Below are positions 11,186 to 22,123 of a stretch of DNA of 64,000 nt, piece after piece; position 1 is the first letter of the stretch, and each line of letters starts with the position of its first letter. Under the pieces are notes generated by a model. It was not told the DNA's origin and did not search any database. It saw nothing but the letters and a program-made list of their open reading frames with translations. The DNA is from an uncultured Planctomycetota bacterium (lineage in GTDB: Bacteria; Planctomycetota; Planctomycetia; Isosphaerales; Isosphaeraceae): contig CAWGMQ010000004.1 in the NCBI GenBank assembly GCA_963823665.1, positions 1,216,001 to 1,280,000 of the forward strand, read 5' to 3'. The position numbers and the translations under genes are program-made.

Positions 11186-11228
11186 GTGGGCGGAATTCCC
11201 ACACACGGTTGGGCGGCACACCGCCCAA
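11186..11228. promoter_or_regulatory. Paired upstream activator sites for the sigma54 enhancer-binding protein
   Basis: Perfect inverted repeat TTGGGCGG-CACA-CCGCCCAA (11209-11228) and a related site GTGGGCGGAATTCCCACAC (11186-11204); the two TGGGCGG half-sites are 23 bp apart. Confidence 0.6.
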
Positions 11229-11278
11229 CAATCGCAAGAGATCGCTCCGAATGGGCCGAAAAGGCCCCTTTCGCGAAT

Positions 11279-11294
11279 TGGCACCAGGCGTGCG
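11279..11294 (+). promoter_or_regulatory. Sigma54 -24/-12 promoter
   Basis: TGGCAC-CAGGC-GTGCG with exact GG-N10-GC spacing (GG 11280-11281, GC 11292-11293), divergent from a sigma54 activator gene. Confidence 0.75.
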
Positions 11295-11378
11295 TTATGC
11301 CGATCCTTGTCGTCCGGCGACCCCCGTCGCCGATCACTGAGGCAAGCCGAGAACGATTCGTTTCAAGAAGGAAGAACA

Positions 11379-12172
11379 ATGATAACCAAGCTGATTGCCA
11401 CGGTTTCCTCCGTCGTGGCGAGCGTCGCCCTGGCGGCCCTTTTTCCACCACAAACGCGCCCACCGGCGCCCCCCCGCCGCCGCCGAAAGCCAAAGGCAAA
11501 GGCGAGGGCAAGAAGAAAGCCGAGCGAGAGCCCGGCGGAGATTTGCGAAAGGCGTACACACTCCTGCGCCGGTTGCGAGCGAGCGACGGAATGGCGGGCC
11601 GGACCGACGAGCGGCTCCGTGAGTGGACCGATCAGGCGGCCAAGCTGTACCGTAAAGCACTCACGGCGCAGACTGGCGGCGACGCCCTCATCGCCCGCGA
11701 GTATGGCGCGGCCGCTCACGATCTGGCGCGGGCCGTCGACCACGCACGAAACGCAGCCCGGTACGACCGCCCCGATCCGGATCTTCCGGATCCATCCGAC
11801 GACATCGAGGGCGACGAGACTCGCGAGCGAGCACAGCGCGACCTGCGCCGCGCTTACGAACGAATCACTTGGCTCGGGACATGGGAGCCCGCGGCGGATT
11901 TGACGGTTTATGTCAAGGCCGCGCAGGACTTGTATAACGCCGCAAGGCGCGACCTCGCGGCAGGCCGTGACGAGCGTGGGGACGAGCTCGCCCGTGCTTC
12001 CGAGGCGATGACCCACGTGCCCGAGCACCTCGCCCAGGCCGGCGATCGCGACCGGTTCGCACCGCGCCCGGCCCCCGTGCCACCACCCGAGTCTCCTGCG
12101 CCAAAAGGCAAGCGGGCCGAGCGCCGCGAGCTTGAAAACTCGGGTCTACCGCCGATCCTGCCGCCGCGTTAA
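11379..12172 (+). CDS. Secreted or membrane-anchored alpha-helical hypothetical protein with two internal repeats (frameshift near 11450-11475)
   Basis: RBS and ATG11379 give MITKLIATVSSVVASVALAAL, which joins the Pro/Lys linker and helical repeats of ORF 11051-12172 after a shift in C-rich sequence. Confidence 0.7.
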
Positions 12173-12256
12173 GTCGGGCGAGACTCCGATCGCGGACCAA
12201 CCGGGCGTGCCTCGCGATTTCTGCCGAAGAGCCGTCACCAGAAAGGCTGAGCACAC

Positions 12257-13498
12257 ATGGACTGGCGCAACCGCATCGGGCTTTACGGATCCTACTTCTT
12301 CGGCGTCGCCGGCATCGGCTTCACACTGCCATTCCTTCCGCTCTATCTCGGGCAAGAGGGGCTATCCGACCGGGCGATCGGCCTGGTGTCGACACTCGCA
12401 GCGCTTGCCGGCCTCGCCCAGTTTCCCATAGGGATCTGGTCGGACCGGCTATCCACGCGCCAGCCGTTCCTCATCGTTTCATTGGGCATTCTGACCCTGG
12501 CGACGTTGCTGCTCCATGAAACGCATCAGCCAATCTGGGTTGCGCTCCTGGTCGTGCTCTTCGCTGAGAACGGAATCTGCCGCGCGGTGGTCGAAAGCCT
12601 CACCGGCGCCGAGGCTGCCGCGCTGGCCCGTGCGGGCCAAGTGGGCGCGGCGCTCGGCGCTCTGCGGATCTGGAAGCCGATCAGTATCGTCGCCGTCGCG
12701 CTCGCCGGGAGCTGGCTCGCCGAACGGTACGGCCTCGGCTCGATCCTGATACCCCTCACGGTCGTGCAAGGGCTCGGTTTCATCGCGGCTTTCCTGATTC
12801 ACGAGCATGGGAAAACCGCAAGATCGCCGGCTCCTCGAGCCGACACGCCCACCCGAGCACGGCTCTGGAGTGACCATGCCGTCTGGGCGTTCGTAGCGGC
12901 GATGGTCTTGTTCCACGTCGCGAATGCACCGGGCGGCGTGTATCTCGGCCTGTTCTTGAGTCGCGATCTCCATGCGCCCGCGCGCTATCTGGCATACGCC
13001 TTTTGCGTGAGTATGATCAGTTGGGCGGTGGTCGTGTGGCCGGCGGGGTGGCTCGCCGACCGCTGGGGCCGTCGTCCGCTCTTGATCCTGGCTTGGGCGG
13101 GAATGGCTCTGCGCCTGGGAGTGGTCGCCGTGGCTCATACTGCCGCGCAATTGATCGCCAACCAGGCCCTCGACGGCACCTGCAACGCCATGTTTGCGGT
13201 GGTGGCCGCGGCGTGGGTGACCGACCGCCTCGGCGACCAGAGGCGCTCCGGCGAAGCCCAGGTGATCGTGGGCTCCTGCCTCGCCCTGGGCTCGGCAATC
13301 GGCCCGGCGGTCTCCGGCTATCTGGTGGAGGCACTCGGCTACCGTGGGCTCTTCGGCGCGCTGGCGGCCGCGGGCGCCGTCGCAACGACGATCGTCGTCA
13401 TCGGCGTTCCGGAGACCGTGGCCAGGCCCCGCGACGAGCACAGCCGGCCAACCGAAGATCTCGTGGTGGCGGGAGCAGAGCTTGCCGATGTTCCGTGA
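12257..13498 (+). CDS. MFS transporter
   Basis: About 12 hydrophobic segments; motif A copies GIWSDRLSTR and GWLADRWGRR; C-terminal VPET. Confidence 0.92.
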   Translation: MDWRNRIGLYGSYFFGVAGIGFTLPFLPLYLGQEGLSDRAIGLVSTLAALAGLAQFPIGIWSDRLSTRQPFLIVSLGILTLATLLLHETHQPIWVALLVVLFAENGICRAVVESLTGAEAAALARAGQVGAALGALRIWKPISIVAVALAGSWLAERYGLGSILIPLTVVQGLGFIAAFLIHEHGKTARSPAPRADTPTRARLWSDHAVWAFVAAMVLFHVANAPGGVYLGLFLSRDLHAPARYLAYAFCVSMISWAVVVWPAGWLADRWGRRPLLILAWAGMALRLGVVAVAHTAAQLIANQALDGTCNAMFAVVAAAWVTDRLGDQRRSGEAQVIVGSCLALGSAIGPAVSGYLVEALGYRGLFGALAAAGAVATTIVVIGVPETVARPRDEHSRPTEDLVVAGAELADVP

Positions 13499-13558
13499 CG
13501 TTCACGAAATCCAGACCGTTCCTCGATTCTCTGATCCGCGTTCGATTCGGAGGAAGCA

Positions 13559-14809
13559 TTGTCACTGACCACATCCTCAGCCTCAGTTCCCCTGGTTTCG
13601 ACGATCTTCGGCCTGACCTACCTCGGGCTGGCAGCCGGAAGGATCCCCGGCCTGCGGATTGACCGTGCGGGCATCGCCCTGGTCGGTGCGGCCGCCATGC
13701 TAGGCACCGGCGTGCTCTCGATGCGAGAAGCCGCCAAGGCTGTCGATTACGCCACGATCGTGCTTCTCTTCGGCATGATGGTCCTGGTCGCTCATCTGCG
13801 CCTGGCGGGCTTCTTTGCCCTGGCAACGGAACGCATCGCCGGACAGTTTTCCGGCCCTTTTACACTTCTCGCAGTGACCATCGCGCTCTCGGGTGTCCTC
13901 TCCGCATTCCTGGTCAACGACGTGGTCTGCGTGGCACTCACGCCGCTGGTGCTCGAGCTATGCCCGCGACTCAAACGGCCGCCGATCCCCTACCTCGTCG
14001 GTCTGGCCACAGCCTCAAACGTGGGATCGGTCGCCACGATCACAGGCAACCCCCAAAACATGATCATCGGCTCGCTTTCACAGATTTCCTACTTGCGCTT
14101 TGCCGGACGGCTCGCACCCGTCGCGCTCGTCGGGCTATTTCTGAATTTCGCGGTCGTGGCGCTCGTCTACCGCACTACGCTCCTGGCAACAGCTCGAGCC
14201 GCCGATATGGCGGATGAGACGACTCGCCCCAGAGTGCATCGCGCGCTCCTGGGAAAAAGCCTGCTCGTGACCATCGTCACGGTCGGGCTCTTCTTCGCGG
14301 GCCTACCAATCGCGCTCGTCGCACTCGTGGCGGCGGGGGTGCTCTTGCTCGGGCGCGTGCGCCCCGAAAAGGTGTACAACTCCATTGATTGGCCGCTCCT
14401 CGTCATGTTTGCCGGCCTTTTCGTCGTCGTGAATGCATTCGAGACAAATGTCGTACAAACCTGGGGGCTCGAGCGCTGGGACGCACTTCTGCAATCGCCC
14501 GTGGTCCTCGTCAGCGGGTTATCGCTAATCTTGTCGAACCTGGTTTCAAACGTACCGGCCGTCTTGCTCTTCAAGCCGCTCATGGAAGTGATGCCAGAGC
14601 GCGAGCAGGCGTGGCTGGCGCTGGCGATGTCGAGCACGCTGGCGGGAAACCTGACGGTACTGGGATCGGTCGCGAATTTGATCGTCGTCGAAAGTGCGCG
14701 GCGCTCGGGAACACACCTGGGGTTCCTCGAATACCTCAAGGTGGGCGTGCCGCTAACGATCCTGACAACGCTCGCGGGCGTGGCGTGGCTAGCTGTGACC
14801 CACTATTAA
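13559..14809 (+). CDS. ArsB/NhaD-superfamily anion permease (YbiR/CitMHS-like)
   Basis: GGAGG RBS before TTG; DRAGIALVGA, SAFLVND, TITGNPQN, SNLVSNVPA and LAGNLTVLGSVANLIV. Confidence 0.9.
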   Translation: MSLTTSSASVPLVSTIFGLTYLGLAAGRIPGLRIDRAGIALVGAAAMLGTGVLSMREAAKAVDYATIVLLFGMMVLVAHLRLAGFFALATERIAGQFSGPFTLLAVTIALSGVLSAFLVNDVVCVALTPLVLELCPRLKRPPIPYLVGLATASNVGSVATITGNPQNMIIGSLSQISYLRFAGRLAPVALVGLFLNFAVVALVYRTTLLATARAADMADETTRPRVHRALLGKSLLVTIVTVGLFFAGLPIALVALVAAGVLLLGRVRPEKVYNSIDWPLLVMFAGLFVVVNAFETNVVQTWGLERWDALLQSPVVLVSGLSLILSNLVSNVPAVLLFKPLMEVMPEREQAWLALAMSSTLAGNLTVLGSVANLIVVESARRSGTHLGFLEYLKVGVPLTILTTLAGVAWLAVTHY

Positions 14810-14829
14810 CCGAATGAAGTGAGCGTGAC

Positions 14830-15106
14830 ATGGACAACGGGAAATCACCTCCCTCGCGCCAAAGCTCACGCGCACTCGACGTGGTCAATTTCCTGCTTGC
14901 CGACGTCCGGGACGGGCTCGGCCCGTATCTGGCGATTTATCTGAGCGTGCGCCGGTTTCTTCACGCTTGCGGCAATCGCCGTGGTCGCGCTGGCGTTCTA
15001 CGCTCCGGCCATGCCCGAGACCCGCCCGCTTCCCGTTGCCGTTGATCACGCTCAAGCCAAGGTCGCCGCTCCCCACACCAGTTTCTTCATAGACCCGACA
15101 TATTGA
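14830..15106 (+). pseudogene. MFS transporter relic retaining only first and last helices
   Basis: N-terminus RALDVVNFLLADVRDGLGPYLAIYL is followed at 14951, in another frame, by AGFFTLAAIAVVALAFYAPAMPETR and a stop at 15104-15106. Confidence 0.75.
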
Positions 15107-15110
15107 GGAC

Positions 15111-16175
15111 ATGATTCCAATGCCAGCAGAACCGGTCATCGTGGTGATTCCCGGAGACCTTCACCTCACGGAGCCGGGCCTGGAGAATCACCGCGTTGCG
15201 CAATGGATGGTTGAAGATGTCAACCGAATAATCAAGCCCGACTTCGTTCAGTTCATCGGCGACAACGTCCAGGACGCAACGCCCGAGCAGTTTCGCCTCT
15301 TCGACGACCTGCGTCTGAGGCTGAATAGCCCGCATTTCGTCCTGGTTGGCGACCACGACGTCAAAGGCGATTCCTCGGCTGAGGAATTCCGGCGGAATGT
15401 CGGCGCCCCCTACGGCTCGCACTCCCTGCGCGGCTTCAAGTTCATCCGGCTCAACACACAGGAGTCTCGACCGCTGGGGATCTCCAAGGAACAGATCGCC
15501 TGGTTTCGCGAGGAAATCGAGCTGGCCCTCGCTGCGGACGAGCGAATCGTCATCTTCCAGCACAACTATCCCTACCAGATCTGGGAGAATTTCAGCGGAC
15601 CGGGAATTGACGCATGGCGTACGATCGTCCACACGAGGCGAGTCGAAACCATCGTCTGTGGCCATACTCATTACTGGCAGATAGCCAACGACGGCTGGAA
15701 CGTGGCCATCGCCACGCGCTCGATCGGCGACCCCGAAGGCGGGCCTCCCTGCTACACACTGCTCTACCTGCATGAAGACGACTTGGCCGTGACCTACCGC
15801 ACGGTGGAAGATCGCACCCCGCTCGTTCTGATCACGCACCCCAGAGCTCGTATTCTTGCGACGAGTGCGCATCACGTCGTGAAGGCCGCAGACGAAGTGC
15901 GCGTGTGCACTTGGTCCGACAACCGCGTCTCCTCCGTTCGCTACCGAGTGAGTGATGCCGCGTTCAGTGACATGGAGCCACGTGGTAACGGCGTCTGGTC
16001 AGGGCCGCTAAAATCGGATCGGCTCTCGAAGGGCGTCCATGCCCTCGAAGTCATCGCCACCTCTGTGGATGGCACCGAAGCATCAGAGCGGCTGGGATTC
16101 ATGTTCGACCCGACAGGTCGCTACACAGCCGTGCCCGAAGCGCAGCCCGCCGTGGTGTCCACCGCGTTCTGCTGA
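15111..16175 (+). CDS. Calcineurin-like metallophosphoesterase with C-terminal beta-sandwich domain
   Basis: GDLH, GDNVQD, GDHD, FQH and GHTH motifs. Confidence 0.9.
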   Translation: MIPMPAEPVIVVIPGDLHLTEPGLENHRVAQWMVEDVNRIIKPDFVQFIGDNVQDATPEQFRLFDDLRLRLNSPHFVLVGDHDVKGDSSAEEFRRNVGAPYGSHSLRGFKFIRLNTQESRPLGISKEQIAWFREEIELALAADERIVIFQHNYPYQIWENFSGPGIDAWRTIVHTRRVETIVCGHTHYWQIANDGWNVAIATRSIGDPEGGPPCYTLLYLHEDDLAVTYRTVEDRTPLVLITHPRARILATSAHHVVKAADEVRVCTWSDNRVSSVRYRVSDAAFSDMEPRGNGVWSGPLKSDRLSKGVHALEVIATSVDGTEASERLGFMFDPTGRYTAVPEAQPAVVSTAFC

Positions 16176-16216
16176 GCGCGCGCTTGCGAATTTCTTCGCA
16201 CCGCGATCCGATCCGA

Positions 16217-19200
16217 TCAGCGAGCTCGCGGGACGAAGACGTCGTCCGGCAGATCGATCTGGCCCGGAGTCGCGCGCTTGATTCTTCCGGTCCACTCGGC
16301 CGCCCTTTCGGGCTTTCCCCAGGCCTTGAAAAGGCGAATGACTCGCTCGGCAGCCTCGCCCAGGCGGTGCTTCGAGAGCAACGGGATCTTCGCCTCGCGG
16401 GCTTTCATGCCTTCGTATCCGCCGACGATGAGTGGTTCGGCCGCGACGAAGTTGATCTGCCCGAGCACGCAATCACCGAGCAGGGAGCGGGTGTAGAATG
16501 TCGACCAATCATCGGGCTGAGCCTTTTCGCGCAAGGCAAGGCATTGCTTCAAGACCGACTGCGACTCGGCCCATTTCTGCTGCCTGAGCAGCGCAGCGCC
16601 GAGCGTTGCAATCATCGCCGCCGTGCGGGGATCTTCGGGGCCGAATCGTTTGCCGGCCCGAGGCAGGCTATCCCGAACGAGCAACTCGGCCAGCGCGAAG
16701 CTGCCGGCGGACAGGTACGCATCGGCGAGATCCTGGCGGGCGGCGAGCGATTCGGGATGGTCCGGCGTGAGCTTTGAATCCGCGAGCTTGACATTGATTT
16801 CGTGCATGGCGACCGCCTCGGCGCTCTTGCCCGAGGCGAGCAGGGCATTGGCGAAACCCTTACGGCAACTGATCGTGGTCACATTGTCACGACCCAGGAT
16901 CGGCTCCATGCTCTTGATCGTCGGCTCAAATAAAGCGATCGCTTCGCGTTGGCGTCCAGCGGCTGAATAAGAGAAAGCGAGCGACGACCGACTGAACAGT
17001 GTGTCGGGATGGTCGTGCCCTTGTTTCGTCTCGCGCAGCTTGAGGTTTGCCTCGTGGAGCGCGACCGCCTCGGCCACCCTGCCGACACGTCTGTAGGCCG
17101 AGCCGAGGTTGTTTCGGCTTAGGAGCGTGGCTCGGTGATCGGGCCCGAGCGTCGACTCATTGAACTTGAGTACCTTCTCGACCAAAGGGAGCGCATCCGA
17201 TATCCGCCCCACAGCGTAATAGGCCGCCGCGAGATTATTCCGGCTCATCATCGTCTCGGGGTGCGTTCGCCCGAGAGCCCTTTCGCGTCCCTTGAGTGTT
17301 TTCTCAAACACCGCCGTCGCCTCGGCAACGCGGCCGGATTCGAGATAGGCCTTGCCAAGGTTGTTGCGGCCAAGAAGAGTTTCGGGATGGTCTGGACCGA
17401 GTTTCGGCTCCTCGATCTTGAGGATTGATTCAAGCATTGCGATCGCCTCGCGCATTTTCCCCACGGCCAGGTAAATGAGAGCGAGATTATTGCGGAGTTG
17501 AAGCGTGATCTGATGGGCCGGTCCGAGCGTCGACTCCGCAATCGGCACGCTCCGTTCATTGAGAGCCAGGGCCTCAGGGATCCTGCCGGTCTCGTCGTAC
17601 GCCGTGCTGAGGTTGATACAAGTCGCAAGCGTGTCGGGATGCGAGGGCCCTAGCTTCGCGGTCTGGAGCTTCAGTGCCTGTTCCAAGAGCGCGATCGCTT
17701 GCGGCGCTTTGCCGGCGTCTGTGTAGCAAGCCGCCAGGTGAACGCGCGTGCTGAGCGTTTGGGGGTGATCGAGCCCGAGCTTCGCCTCCTGAAGCGTGAG
17801 CGCGGGTTCGAGAAGCGCGATCGCTTCGCGCGTTCGTCCTGCATCCTTGTATCCAACCGCGAGATGATTGTAACGGGCGAACGTGACGGGATGTTCGGGC
17901 CCGAACTTCGCTTCCACGAGCTTGAGGTTCGACGTCTGCATGGCGATTGCCTCGTCAATCTTGCCCGAATCGCGAAGGGCTGCCCCCAGGTTCTGGCGGG
18001 TGATAAGTGTCGTCGGGTGGGTGGCGCCGAGCGCGGCTTCGGCGAGCTTGAGAGTCGACCGGAAAAGCGAAACCGCATCGGATATTCTGCCGGCTGCCAG
18101 GTAGTCTCTCGCCAGGTCGTTGCGGTTGCCGATCGTTACCGGGTGAGTCGGCCCCAGCTTGAACTCGCGCGCCTTGAGTGTCTCCTCGTGCAGTTTGATC
18201 GCATCGTTCGTGCGGCCGGCGGCGATGTAGGCGTCGGCGAGGCCGCTGAGAAAGACGAGCCTGTCAGGATGTTCGGGGCCAAAGTTCGATTCCACATCCG
18301 GCCGCGCTTTCTCATAGAGTGCGACGGCCTCGGTGGTCCGGCCGGCGGCGATGTAGGCATCCGCGAGGTTGCCGCGGCTGTGAAGTGTATGCGGGTGCCC
18401 GCGCCCCAGCGTCGCCTCCCGCGCTTTGAGAGTTATCTCTTGCAAGCGGATCGCATCGGCCGTGCGGCCTGCCGCGAGTTTGGCCTGAGCAAGGCCGTTG
18501 AAGAAGATGAGCGTATCAGGGTGCTCAGGCCCGAGCATCGTTTCCGATTCTTCGAGCACCGCCTCATAAAGTGCGATCGACTCGGGAATTCGACCCGCCC
18601 GCAGGTAGTCCAGAGCCAGATTGTTCCGGATCTTGCGAGTGTTAGGGTGATCGCGCCCCAACCTCGATTCCATCAGCTTGAGCGTCGACTCATGCAGCTT
18701 GATCGCAACGTCAGTGCGTCCGTCGTCGAGATAAGCACCGGCGAGGTTATTGCGACTGTTAAGTGTATGAGGGTGCTCGGGGCCGAGCTTTGCCTCCCGG
18801 AGCTTCACTGTCGCCTCATGCAGCTTGATCGCATCCGCAGTTCGTCCTGCGGCGTTATAACAGGTTGATAGGTTGTTGCGAGTAACGAGCGTCTCGGGAT
18901 GCTCCGGGCCGAGCTTCGACTCCTCCATCAGTAGTGTCGACTCGTGAAGCTTGATTGCCTCACCCGTGCGTCCGGCGGCTTCATAAGCCTGCGCGAGGTT
19001 GTTGCGGCTGGTGAACACCCGGGGATGGTCTGGGCCGTGCTCCGCCTCGAGCATCTTGAGCGTGGCTTCATGCATCTCGATCGCGCGCGCCGTCTGCCCG
19101 TCGGCCAGGTAGTCTTGGGCGAGATTATTGCGGCCCATGAGTGTCGCTGGGGCAAGGGCGCCCAGCAATCGCTCGTTCAGCTTGAGCGTCGCTTCATCCA

Positions 19201-21216
19201 TCTTGATTGCTCCGGCAGTACGGCCCGCGTCGAGATTGGCGCCGGCAAGACCGGAGCGGCTCTCCAGCGTGTCGGGATGATCGGGGCCAAGCTTTGATTC
19301 ACGCGCCGGGAGTGTCGCCTCATGCAGCTTGATCGCAAGGGCGGTGCGGCCTGCGGCGCGGTAGGCGTTGGCAAGGTTATTGCGACTGCTGAGCGTGAGG
19401 GCGTGGTCTGAGCCGAGGGCCGACTCACGCACCTGGCTGGCCTTCGTGAGCGTCGACACCGCCTCGTCATAAAGCCCCAGACCTCGATAGGTCTCACCCA
19501 GCGCGTCGAGGAGCGCCCCTGGGTCTCCTGCGATCCCGTGAACTCCTGGTCGAGCTGGATGGCAGCGCGGTCCAGCAGGTCAGCCACCTGCACAGTCCGG
19601 CCATCCAGAGAAGGGTCCGGGCTGCGGAACGCATCCGTGAGGAACTCACTGACAGCTTCGGCCTGCCTGCGCGACTCTTCCGATTGCACGAGCGCCCGCT
19701 CGGTCGATTTCTTCGCCGCACGAGTCTCGTCCAGGCGCTCGAGCGCCAGCCCCTCGGCGTCGACCGCTCGGTTGCGATCCGCGCGCCTTTTTCGGCGCAC
19801 TGCGCACGAACTGCCAGAGCCGCGCTCACCACCGCCGCTGCGACAAGCAATAGCACAAAGGAACCCGCCGTGATCAGGCCCGTCCGGTGCTTGCGCGCAG
19901 CTTTCGCAACCGGTACACCGCGCTCGGCGGACCGGCTTCCACCGGGTCGCCCGCCAGATGACGCTCGATGTCGCGCGAAACCCGCTCGCCGACTCGTACC
20001 TCCGAGTCCGGTCTTTCTCCAGCGCCTTCATCACGATCCAGTCGAGATCACCGCGCATCAGCCGGCTCAGACGCGCCGGCTCTGTCTTCCGCAGCGCCGC
20101 GACCGACGCCAATGTATCGCGCACTCCGCTCAGCCGCGTGCTCGGCTTGGGCGGCTCCTCTTCTCGAATTCGCCGCAGAATCTCGGAATAGCCGGCCTCC
20201 CGCAGACGCGGGCGCTCCAGCGGCGTCGAACCCGTCAGCAGCTCATAAAGCATCACTCCCAGCGCGTAAATGTCGGCGCGAGTGTCAATGTCCATCGCCG
20301 AGATCTCGGCCTGCTCGGGGCTCATGTATTCCAGCGTCCCGATGATGGCCCCGTGCTGTGTAAAAAACGTTTGCTCGGTGAGCCGCTGGTCAATCGCTTT
20401 GGCGATGCCAAAGTCGATAACCTTGGGCGTCGGCTTGCCGTCCTGCATCGCGACCAGCACGTTCGACGGCTTGATATCGCGGTGAATGATCCCCTTCTGG
20501 TGGGCGTGCTGGATCGCCTGGCATACGGGAATGAACAGCTCGAGTCGTTCCTTGGGTGTCAGATGCACGGCGTCGCAGTACTCGGTGATCGGCACTCCCT
20601 TGACCAGCTCCATCACGAAATACGGACGTCCGCTGTCAGTAACGCCGGCGTCGAAAACCTTCGCGATGCTGGCGTGGTCCATGATCGCCAGCGCCTGGCG
20701 CTCGGCCTGGAACCGGGCGACGACCTGTTCCGTGTCCATGCCTGGCTTGATGACCTTGAGCGCAACTCTACGACGCACGGGCCGCTCCTGCTCGGCGAGG
20801 TAGACGGCCCCCATACCTCCTTCGCCAATTCGCTGCAGAAGCTTATACGGTCCGATGAGCGTACCCAGGCCCTCGACCAGATGCGGTGCGCCGGGTGATC
20901 CAGTTGCTTCGCGCGCGCCGGCGGACGCAACATCCGTGCAAGTCGCGTTCTCCTCGTGCCGCACCGGACCAGACGGCGAGGTGGAAATCGCCGCCGGGAC
21001 CGACTCCGGATCAGCCGTTGCCAGAAGGTCTGGCGGCCCTTCGAGAAAACCACTGGCCTCACCCAGAGCCCGAAGCAGGGTTTCAACCTTGCGCCGCAGG
21101 TCTCGATCGCCTGCACAGGCGCCATCCAGATAAGCCGCTCGCTCTTCAGTCGACGCGATCTCGACAGCCTCGTCGAAGATTGCTTTCACGTCACCGCGGG
21201 GGCGTTCGCTGGGCAC
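16217..21216 (-). CDS. Hanks-type Ser/Thr kinase with TM segment and about 24 kinesin-light-chain-type 42-aa TPR repeats (frameshifts between ~19500 and ~19980)
   Basis: GEGGMG, ALKVIK, HRDIKPSN, DFG and YMSPE in ORF 19177-21216; HPxT..RNNLA..Y repeats in ORF 16217-19459. Confidence 0.92.
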
Positions 21217-21259
21217 GACGTGGATCTCCGTCTTCGGTCACTTGGACGATTTGCTCTGT

Positions 21260-21305
21260 AATGCGACAACTGGCATCGATCTGTGCCACGAGCGCCCGGT
21301 TTTTT
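21260..21305 (-). promoter_or_regulatory. Putative ECF-dependent promoter, copy 1 (upstream of kinase)
   Basis: Minus strand A6-N9-CGTGGCACA-N14-GTCGCATT; identical boxes and spacer length recur at 22343-22389. Confidence 0.7.
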
Positions 21306-21916
21306 CAGACGGGCGCGTCTCCGTGCGGATTGAGCTCGTGGTAGAGCCAGGCGCGTGCATAGACCCAGTGGCGATTGGCGGTGCGGAGCGAGACACCCAT
21401 GACCGAGGCAGCCCGAAGCGTTGTAAGCCCCCCGAAATAGCGCAGCTTCACGATCTGGGCAGCGGCCGGCTCTTCCTGTGCCAGGCGGTCGAGGGCCTCG
21501 TCAAGCGCCAGCACGTCGTGTGCCGCCCCTTCACCGGCCGGCACGAGCCGCTCGAGCTCGAGGCCGACACGCGCTCGCCCACCGCCGTGCCTTAGCCGCC
21601 GCTTCCGCCTGGCGTTCTCGACGAGGATCCGCCGCATCGCTTCGGCCGCCGCGGCAAAAAAGTGTCCGCGACCATCCCATGGCTTCTCGGGATCGGACCC
21701 GACTAGACGTAGATACGCCTCGTGGACGAGCGCCGTGGCCTGGAGCGTTTGGCCCGCCGCCTCCTGGGCCAACCGGACGGCGGCGAGCCGGCGCAGCTCG
21801 TCATAGACGAGCGGTAAGAGCTGCTCGGCCGCGCGCGGCTCGCCGTTCAAGACGGCATCGAGCGCCCGCGTGACTTCCGTGCTTGCGGGTTCGTGGTCTT
21901 TCCGCGTGGGCGCCAT
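21305..21916 (-). CDS. ECF sigma factor, planctomycete kinase-associated type (TIGR02999-like)
   Basis: LLPLVYDELRRLA, TLQATALVHEAYLRL, FFAAAAEAMRRILV, VKLRYFGGL and W..ARAWL. Confidence 0.93.
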   Translation of the reverse strand: MAPTRKDHEPASTEVTRALDAVLNGEPRAAEQLLPLVYDELRRLAAVRLAQEAAGQTLQATALVHEAYLRLVGSDPEKPWDGRGHFFAAAAEAMRRILVENARRKRRLRHGGGRARVGLELERLVPAGEGAAHDVLALDEALDRLAQEEPAAAQIVKLRYFGGLTTLRAASVMGVSLRTANRHWVYARAWLYHELNPHGDAPV

Positions 21917-22123
21917 GAAGAGGTATGAGATTCTCGATCTCACGTCCGGATTGTCAAAACTCAGCACAACTAGAATCCTTGACCGCAACGAGCAGCGATT
22001 ACCAACGTAGGGCCGGTACGAGCAGCCGGTCAAGGGCCCGCCTGAGAATGCTGATACCGTCCGGCACACCGCATCACGATGGGAAAATGTCATTGTTGCT
22101 GGTCGAAGCGCGGTTCATGCGGA

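Noticed and set aside
16500..19450. 126-nt periodicity as a CRISPR or non-coding repeat array
   Set aside because: Repeats are degenerate at DNA level and fully explained by 42-aa TPR coding units; no cas genes are present
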